Source: an uncultured Clostridia bacterium | Lineage (GTDB): Bacteria > Bacillota > Clostridia > Christensenellales > UBA3700 | DNA length: 35,453 nucleotides | Direction of reading: 5' to 3' | Assembly: GCA_946623205.1 (NCBI GenBank) | Contig: CAMOQV010000003.1 | Coordinates: forward strand, 1 to 35,453 | Shown here: piece by piece, positions 18,091 to 27,200 of the stretch | Numbering within the stretch: position 1 is the stretch's first letter | Layout: each line of letters opens with the position of its first letter | The notes under the pieces: model-generated | Database searches by the model: none | Seen by the model: only the letters and a program-made list of their open reading frames with translations | What the model was told of the DNA's origin: nothing | Program-made: the position numbers and the translations under genes

Positions 18091-18185
18091 CTTAAAAATT
18101 ACGCGATGTCAACTGAAAAAATCAAAAAAGTTTTGTAAAATTTTCAAGAAAATAAGCAAGCATTTACCGATATTTTTTGAAAAAC

Positions 18186-18248
18186 TTTAGGATAGTCTTA
18201 AGGTTTCAATTTTTGTTTAAGTTTCTATTAAGAACGCGTATATAATAT
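18186..18248 (+). promoter_or_regulatory. Two CiaR-type direct-repeat boxes plus -10 element
   Basis: TTTAGG-N5-CTTAAG (18186-18202) and TTTAAG-N5-ATTAAG (18216-18232), then TATAAT (18241-18246) or TAATAT (18243-18248); no consensus -35. Confidence 0.7.
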
Positions 18249-18298
18249 TTTAGTGAAAATTTTTCAAAATAAATGCGCAATTATGGAGAATAAGGGTT

Positions 18299-21200
18299 AT
18301 GAGAAGTATTAAAGTGATTTTATCAATTTTGTTAGTGCTAATGTTGTTGTCGACAATGTTAATTGCACTTTATGGATGTCAAGGGGATCCAAATAATGAA
18401 AAGCCAGTAGATCCACCTACACCAACACCTACACCAACACCTACACCACCACCAGATATAGATCCAGATCCAGTCGATCCAGTCGATCCAGTTGATCCAA
18501 TTGATCCTGTAGATCCTAGCACAACAAAGAAAGTTGTTAAGAAAATTGACCAATTCTTATGCTTTGCTGAATTGTTAGGTGGTACAAAAACTCCACAAAG
18601 CGCAGGGGAATACAAAGTCCTAAGCATTTATTTTGATATTAACACTCGTGATGCAGGTTCTTCAGATGAGTTTACAAAGAAGAGACTTGTATTTAGAACA
18701 AATGTAAGCATTAAGAGAGAAAAAATTACATTCAAAGATGAATATGAGTTTAGAAATTATATAAATGGTGCTGAATTGTATATTTCACCATCTGAAGGTA
18801 AATATACTAAGTCAACAGGATATAAAGAGAATACACAATATTACTATAAGACAAAGGGAACTACATATGTAGGAATTTCTTTTGATACAGAAGAAGAGTA
18901 TGATGCATTTATGATAGGTGGCCATACAGTTTATGCTTTCAATGCAAATGATGGCACATACACAAAAGCTACAACATTCAACAAGAATACAGAATATTTC
19001 AAAGTAACAACAGGTGGCGATGATAGCCAATATGTTGTTAAGATGTTTGATTTAACAGAAGCTTCAAAAGATGAAAATTTAAGCGAAGCAGGTGAAGATG
19101 ATAATGCAAACGTAATATCTTTTGGTAACGATGAAGGATATTTATCTATTGGAACTGCTACAACAGAAGAAGAATTAGAAGAACAATTGATTTTTGAAGA
19201 CAAGGGTGAATTGATTTGGGCTCTTTATACAGTTAATGGCAAAATGTTCTTGGACAAAGGCGAAGATAAAGAATTACTTTATTTTGAAGACTTTGACATG
19301 GATTATGTAAATGCAATCGCAAAGAATTTATTAGATTCTCTATCTGATGGCAAATATGATGGAAGTTTGAATGGTCCATTATTTGCAATGATTGATGATA
19401 TGATTGGTGGAGCAATTACTATTAATGGTATTTTAGGTCTTTTAAAATCATTCATATTCCCAACAAAAGCAACAAAGACAACGATTACAGAAGGAAAGAC
19501 TGTTACTTCTACATACGAATTAGAAATTGGTATTAATTCATTGATTGCACAATTACAAAAATTAGTATCAACTGTTATGTCGTTGCCATTTATTGATTTG
19601 CCATTTGATTTACAAGTAGACCCATTAATCAGCTTCTTGAAAGACATTACGCCTAAGATGAAAGTTTATTTAGTAGGTGAAATCGTAGACGGAAAAACTA
19701 CTACTTTTGGATTGAAGGTTCTAGATAATGATGAAGCAAACAAAGGAACAACTTATAAAGAAACAATTTTGAATTTTGATATTTCAAATTCAACAGTATA
19801 TAGAGTTACTCCAGCTAATTTAGATATTCCAGAAAGAGTTATGAAAGCTCAATATGATGAAACATTCAGTTTAACAAATTTAGCTTTCTCTTTAGATATT
19901 GTATTAAATAGTAATGGAAATCTAGATGTAGGTGCAGTATTAAATGGCATTCTTGGTAAAGAATTATTACCAGCCGAAACAATTATTGTAAATGCAGCAA
20001 CAGGCTTTAGATTAGATTTGGCCTTAGATGCAGATTTAAATTATGGAAAATTGGAGGATGAATCAGAAGTTATCGAATATGTTGACGAATTAGGTCAAAA
20101 GAGATATAAGCATCCTTTATTAGATAATAATTTCTTGGTTCTTGAATTATACCTAATTGGTGTAGATATTGATCCAAAAACACAACAACATATATTAATA
20201 GATGAAGAAGCATTAATAGGTATCTATTATAAAGATGGTTCTATTTATGCTAATTTAGGACATTTATTAGAAAGATATTACAGCGGTAGTAACCTTAAGG
20301 TTAATATCGAAGGTATCCCAGAAGTTATCCAATACGTAGTGGATTTAGTATCTAACGCTTTAGATGGTGTATTTGCAAAGACTCTAAAGTGGGGCGATTG
20401 GAGAACTTGGAGCGATCTATGGAATTATAAATATGGCACAAGTGAAGATGCACCATTGTCTTCAGCAGAACCAGCAGATAGCACAGATAATGAAGACCCA
20501 ATTTTAGATCCAAACGACGTAGTAGTAGGTATTCAAGGATCAGAAAGTGGATACAAGGTATCTACAAATCTAATTACCTTCTTGAAGGCTGTAGGTGCTG
20601 TAGTTGGTCTTGGAGATATCTTCTCATCAAATGATGAACAAACAGCAATTGTTATTACAGTTAATACTGTTTTATTTAATGGTATTAAAGCATTAGCTTC
20701 TGATTTGGATTTAAATTTACCAGATGGTTTAATTGCTGAATTAAGCATTAACTTTGACGAAGAAGGTTCAATTCGTTCAATTGCAATTGCCGCTGCAGTA
20801 GATAGCAGAGTAGGATTTAAGGATGAAAATGGTGAATGGTATATTGGTAATAAAATATTATATAATCCATTATTATTTACTATAGATGGTATTAAATATT
20901 ATGAAGATCCAAACTTTGATCCTGAAGATACAGAAACTATTCCAAACTTTGACACAGACGATGAAGAAAGAGATTTTACAGAAGAAAAACCAAAATCTAG
21001 CTTCTCAATTGTATATGTAAGAGATAATGTAGCAGGAGCTACAGGTAGAAGATATTATTTGGATAGAGCAGCAGACGATGATGATTTTGCATATCTTGGC
21101 TATATGGCTAATGGTAAACCAGTTATCTATGATGATTCTTCTAAGATTGATTCTGGAATTAAAGAATATTATGATAAGGCAAAGAATTTATACTATATAA

Positions 21201-24200
21201 CAAAAGGCGACAAAACAATCGAAACTAAGTTCCAACCAAGCACATACATTTACAAGGGCGAATGGGTTGTTGGATATGGTTTAGAAGCTGGCACAGGTGA
21301 AACAAAGGGCACTAAGAAAATAGATGGTGTTGATTATTCAATTCTAACAGATGCTAAATATTTCACTTTCGAAACACAAGTATTAGCTCAAGGATTAGAA
21401 GCTGAAATCGTGCTTCATGACTTTATGTTGTTATATGAAGCAGGATATCTAAATAAATTTGACGGATATAAAGGACACTATGGCGCAACTAAGGCTATCG
21501 AAGGTTACATCCTAGATAAGACACATACAGTTGCTGAAGTGTCTGCAGATGTATTAAAGAAAGGAGGCGACTTCCTTCTAAAAGATCCAGCATCAGGAGA
21601 TTATTTCCCAGTAACATTAGAAAAAGATGAATATGATCCAGCATTAGGAGAATTCTTCACTTTAGAAGAAAGAACATATGTAGATTCTATTTCTAAGTTC
21701 ATTGATTCTCTATTAACAAGAGGTACATTCTTCAGTTTGAATCTTGCAATAGACTTTAGTGCAGGTAAGTATGACTTAGCTCCGCTAATTTCTCTATTCT
21801 TACCAGAAATGAAAGGTAAACACTTGATTTGGGAATTCACAGGAGACTTCCAACTAGATGCATCTTTGAATTTAGGTGTTTTATTAAATCAAGCAGATCC
21901 AGAACAAAGCAAATTAGTTTTGGAACTTGTAGCAAACAAAGATATTAAGATTGGAGATAATATTCTATTCGCTGGTGGTTCTACAATTCTAGGCCTATAT
22001 GGTGATGGTACAAAGGTTTATGCTGAATTAGAAAATATTAAGTTATTAAATATTGTATTGCCAAACTTAGCTGCAAATATTGACTATACAACAGTATTGT
22101 ATAAGTTAATTGGAGATAAAGAAATCTTTGATTTGACATTCAATATTATGGATTTAATCAATGGAGATAATGAAGATGAAGGTGCTTCAAATTCAGAAGA
22201 AGTTGCACTTGCTCCAGAAGATCCACAAGACCCAGAAGATCCTCAAGATCAAAACGTTGCAGCAACACCACTACCACTAACAAGTTTAGCTGATGCATTA
22301 ACTCTATTTATTGATAAAAATATTGTAGAAGTTACAATTACCATTGCTGGTATTCAAAAGTTGCTTGCTTCATTTGGCGTTGATTTAGGCATTGCATTAA
22401 CTGATATTATGCAATTAGCTGTTGATCTAAAACTAGATAGAAATAAGGGCGTATTTTTAGATATAACAGGCGCTTTAATGCCAAAGTACGATGAGGAACT
22501 AAGTGAAAATAATGGAAACTACTTCGACGATGACTTAAGAATCGCATTAAGATTAGCAACAGGTTATGACTTTGAATATGTATTAGATGAAAATGGCCAT
22601 AAGACATATGATAAATATGGTAAAGCTATTAAGAACAAGGTTAGAAATTCAGATGCTTACGCTCCAGTAGAAATTGGTAACGTAGAAGAATTATTAGCAA
22701 ATTATGAAACTAAGTTCTTAGCTTTAGAGAGCCAAACAGATAAATATCATGACGATTTAATCCAAGCTATCCTACAAGTTATTGGTGATTTGAAATTATC
22801 TATTAAGATTAAGGCTAGCGTATTAAATAGTATATGGGATATTAATAAGATTATTGATACAATCGTTGCAGACAGAGGAGATAGATTTGCTCTTCCAATT
22901 AAGGTATTATTCGACGATTGGGATACAGAAGTTGAACTTTTAGTTCAATGGTACCTAGATTTGAACAACTTTAAGAATACTCAAATCAAGATTGAAATTA
23001 GATATGAAGACCATGTTTGGATTGGTTTATATGTATATAAGAACAGCTTAGTTCTTGACTTAAATGGTTTAGGTTTGTTTGACATTGAAGTTACTAACTT
23101 AAAAGTTATTGCAAGCTTAGGTAACGTAATTCAAACACTTACATCTTCAATCGCAGATTTGTCATTAACAAACTTACTTGGTGGATTAATTGATGGATTG
23201 TTCGAAGAAAACAACGAAGAAGGACAATCAAATGTCGAAGAAGAAACATCTGCAACAGAAGGTGAACAAGCACAAGCAGATGAAGATCAAGCACAAGCAG
23301 ATAGTGATACATCTAATGCAGGTTTGGCTATAGAGAACGATTCTGAAGCTTCAAATGAATTAATTTCTATGTTATTAAATGCTGTATCAATTCAAGATAC
23401 AGAATTATCTGCACACATTACAGCAGACGTATTTGAAGCAATCTTTAGAGAATTAGTTGGATTCAGCATGTACCTAGAATTTGATGTTGGTGCAAAGTTA
23501 GACATCAAAGAAGGTAGATTAACTGTTGATGTTGGAGTTGAACGTGCTGTTAACGCAAATATCACACTTCAATTATCTGCAGGTGAAAGAGGTGCTCATA
23601 AGTTTGATTTAGACTTAGATAGCATTCCAAACTTAAATGCTTTAACAGGTGAAGATCTAGTTAAGACATTATTAAAGAATCTTGATATTGGCTTATATGT
23701 AGATTTGGATCAATATACATCTACATCAGGACAAGCTATTTATACAAGAATTTATATTGAAAAATTAAATGCAAGAAAGAGATTAACAGATAAGGCCATT
23801 GCTCAAAAGGGTTCTATCTTAGTTACATTAGCAGATATCGATTTAGCAGAATTCAACAATGCTGGTTCTGGTAATGTTACTCCACTTGTATATGTTGAAT
23901 TAGACTATACAGCAGGAAAGATGAACTTAACATTTGGTTCAAATCTTCTTGTAGCAAATGTAATTGGTATTAAGATTGATATTGGATCATTAATCGGTAC
24001 AATTGGTATTGATTTAGATTTAGTAAATATGTTAGGCCCAACATTAGATGGTTTATTAGACACAATTTCAGGTCTAGTAGAAGGTTTAATGGGCAACAAC
24101 AATGTTGCAGATTCAAGCGAAAGTGGAGATGAAGATGCTACTCCACCAGCTCCAGTTGTTCCAACACAAGAGTTAGGCGAAGCTGTTGACATTATTGAAA

Positions 24201-27200
24201 TTGTCTCAGACGAAGAATGGGGTAAAGATGGAAATGTAAGAGCTAAATCAAACGGCAAATACATTAACGAAGGAAAGTATTACTTACATGGCGGTAATTT
24301 GTATATCTTAGATTCTTCAGATGAAACAGGTCCACTTGTTCAATTGAAAGGTATTGACATTGATAGCGAAGCCAGATTGCCAGAACTTGTTCAAGATGGT
24401 TACGGAAAGGATGATCCAACTAAAAATTATTCTCGTTCTTACTGTAAATTAACAGTTGATGGTGTAACAACATACTACATCTGTAAAGCTGGTACAGGTT
24501 TAGATAGAAGAAATTATAAGTGGCATGCAGGTAATACAGTAAATGCTTTATCTGGATTCTTCTCAAGCTTAGATATCTTAAGTTTATTCGAAGAATTAAC
24601 ATTATATCTATCTTGTGATAAAGAATCTCAAGTTGGCGTATTAAATGCAGATGTTACTGTAAATGTATATCAATTGAATTCAATTATTGACCATTTGATG
24701 TACTACATTTTAGGACCAGAAACAATTCTAAATCTAAAAGAATTGACGGCAGAAAATGCAGAAAAAGGTGAAGGTATTTACTTCAATGCTAACTATTTAT
24801 CTAAAGTACATTGGAATAGACAAGATCAAAATGCGCTATTAAATGAACTATGGGAAGTAATTACAAGCGACCAAAGTTTTCCTGATGGTAACCATAACTT
24901 CTTAAGTGACATTCTAAATGCTGTTGGATATGGTGCGTTAAGCGGACTTGTTGGTATGGTTAAGGGCGCTATTAAAGATTCATTCGATGGAATTATTAAG
25001 AAGTTAATCCCATTTGCAGTAACAAACGAATCTCATTTAGGTTTAAATATTGTACGTGGACAATTAACAAGTATTTATTTAACAAATGATGATAAGAATG
25101 AAAACATCTTTGATGAATATGGCAATTCTTACACATTCTATAATGGAAGCAAAGTTGTTAAGTATTACAATGATGCAAACAATAACGGAGTATGGGACGA
25201 AGGTGAAACAGGTGGAAGAAGTGATAATTACTTCACAAACCTACATATCTTCAATACATCAGCATCAGTAGGTGATGCACAATATACAGGTGTAGATGGT
25301 GCTATTACATGGGATAATACTCCAGCAACAATTACATATAACCCATATATGTATGAATCTCATGCTAAAGCTGCAGAACAATTATACAATTCATATTTTG
25401 GAACAGGCCATATAGCTACATTCCAAAGAGCTACAGAATTGTATAAGGCTGAGATGACATTCAAGTTTATTGATGTAAATGGAAATGTAATATCTACTAT
25501 TTCAAGCAAGAATGATATAGCTGCTAAGTTAGAAACACCAGGTACATATTATATTCAAGCTTCAGCTGCATTCAAGAATGGTGCTGAAACAAGAACATTA
25601 AGAATTAAGTTCGTAGTTCAAGGCGGTGAAGGCGTTGATAACATTACAGATATCGATACTCAAAAGATGTTCGTATATCAAGCAATGCCAGCATACATCT
25701 TTATCTATACAGGAAGTGGTGTAAGAAGAATTGAAACAACAAATCTACAATTTGCTTTTGCAGATGAAGATGGCAATGCTCCAGCAGCAAGTTCAGATGC
25801 TTGGGTATTAGGTACAACACCTACACCAACAAAGATTAGAGATGATTCAGAAGGAAGCAATGGAGATTGGGATCAAGATGTTTATATCAAATTCCCTAAT
25901 GGAACAATATCTCCAGTTCCAATGACTATACATTATAAAGATTCTACAATCGATGAAATCATTATTGCAGATGAAAATGGTGAAAATAGATTAAAAGATA
26001 ACACATGGACAGTTAACTTATATGAGTTCAACACAGAAGATACTCTAGAGAACTTTATGCCTGCTAAACTTTACTTTAAATATAGCGATGGCACAGCTAC
26101 TCAAATGCCAGTAACATGGACAAATACAGAAGAAGCTGCAAAGTTATTTGATAGAGTAAAGTATGGTTCTTCAGAATATAGTAAGGTAACAGAAGCTACA
26201 TATACTTTAACTGCAAACATTGGTACAGGTAATTTGAAGCAATCTAAGGACATAACATTCTATGTCCCAGCAAGAGAAGTATCTAGCGTTTCTGTTGGTA
26301 ATAGAACAAATCTATTGAATATTCAACCATATGAATATTATCTATATCTAATAGATAGCACTAAATATGCTAAATATAACCCATACCAAGATCAAATCAT
26401 GGTAAATTACAAGACATTCTCAGAAAATGTTTATGTAAAGTGGGCAGAAGAAGATGCAAGCAAGGTTGATTACAGCTGGGGCGAAAATATCGAAACAAAA
26501 GCAAAAGATCGTTCATTTGTAAGAAAAGTTTATCTAAATGGCGATAAGTATCCATCAGGCGATATCTTCCACTGGGATCAAGATGTTACAGTAAACATTA
26601 CTAGAAACCAAATTCAAGGCATCTACTTCGATGAAAAGTGTACACAAACAACAATCGTAGTTGATCCATATGTTTACTATAATACTGTAGATAAGTTTGA
26701 ATACTTTAGACAAAAGTACTCTGAAGCATATGTTAAGTTCACAAACGGCTATGTATTAAAGATGCCAATTGCGTTCGATAAAGATGAAATCCTTGCAATG
26801 AATGTAGATTACGAGACAAATTATGCTCAATTTACAATCGCAATAGGATTTGATGTTGCTAAGTACTATGCTTACACAACAGCTCTAAATTACAAAGCTG
26901 GCGAAACATATTACAAAGCTACATTAAGAGATGATGTTACAGCAGATAATTTCGCAACTATTACTAGAAGCGAACAATTATATGTAATAAATGATGGAAT
27001 GTATGTAAAGGCTTCTAAATATGATAAAGATGCTCAATATTATACAATTGTTGTTGATGATACAATTACATCACAAGCTACATTCAATGCTGCATCTAAT
27101 GTATTAACAACAGGTGCTTTGGATGTATTTACAGATGTTTATAACAGTAAATATTACCAAGAATATGCAATTAACGTAAAAGTTAATGCAGTAGCAATTA

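Noticed and set aside
18084-18112. Antisense promoter into the kinase gene (TTGACA on minus strand)
   Set aside because: The corresponding -10 (TACTTC) is poor.
18139-18185. CodY-like boxes upstream of the giant operon
   Set aside because: Need an insertion or about four mismatches to AATTTTCWGAAAATT in very AT-rich DNA.
18404-18517. Possible CRISPR-like or phase-variation repeat
   Set aside because: No spacers; units are multiples of 3 within a coding linker; no cas genes.
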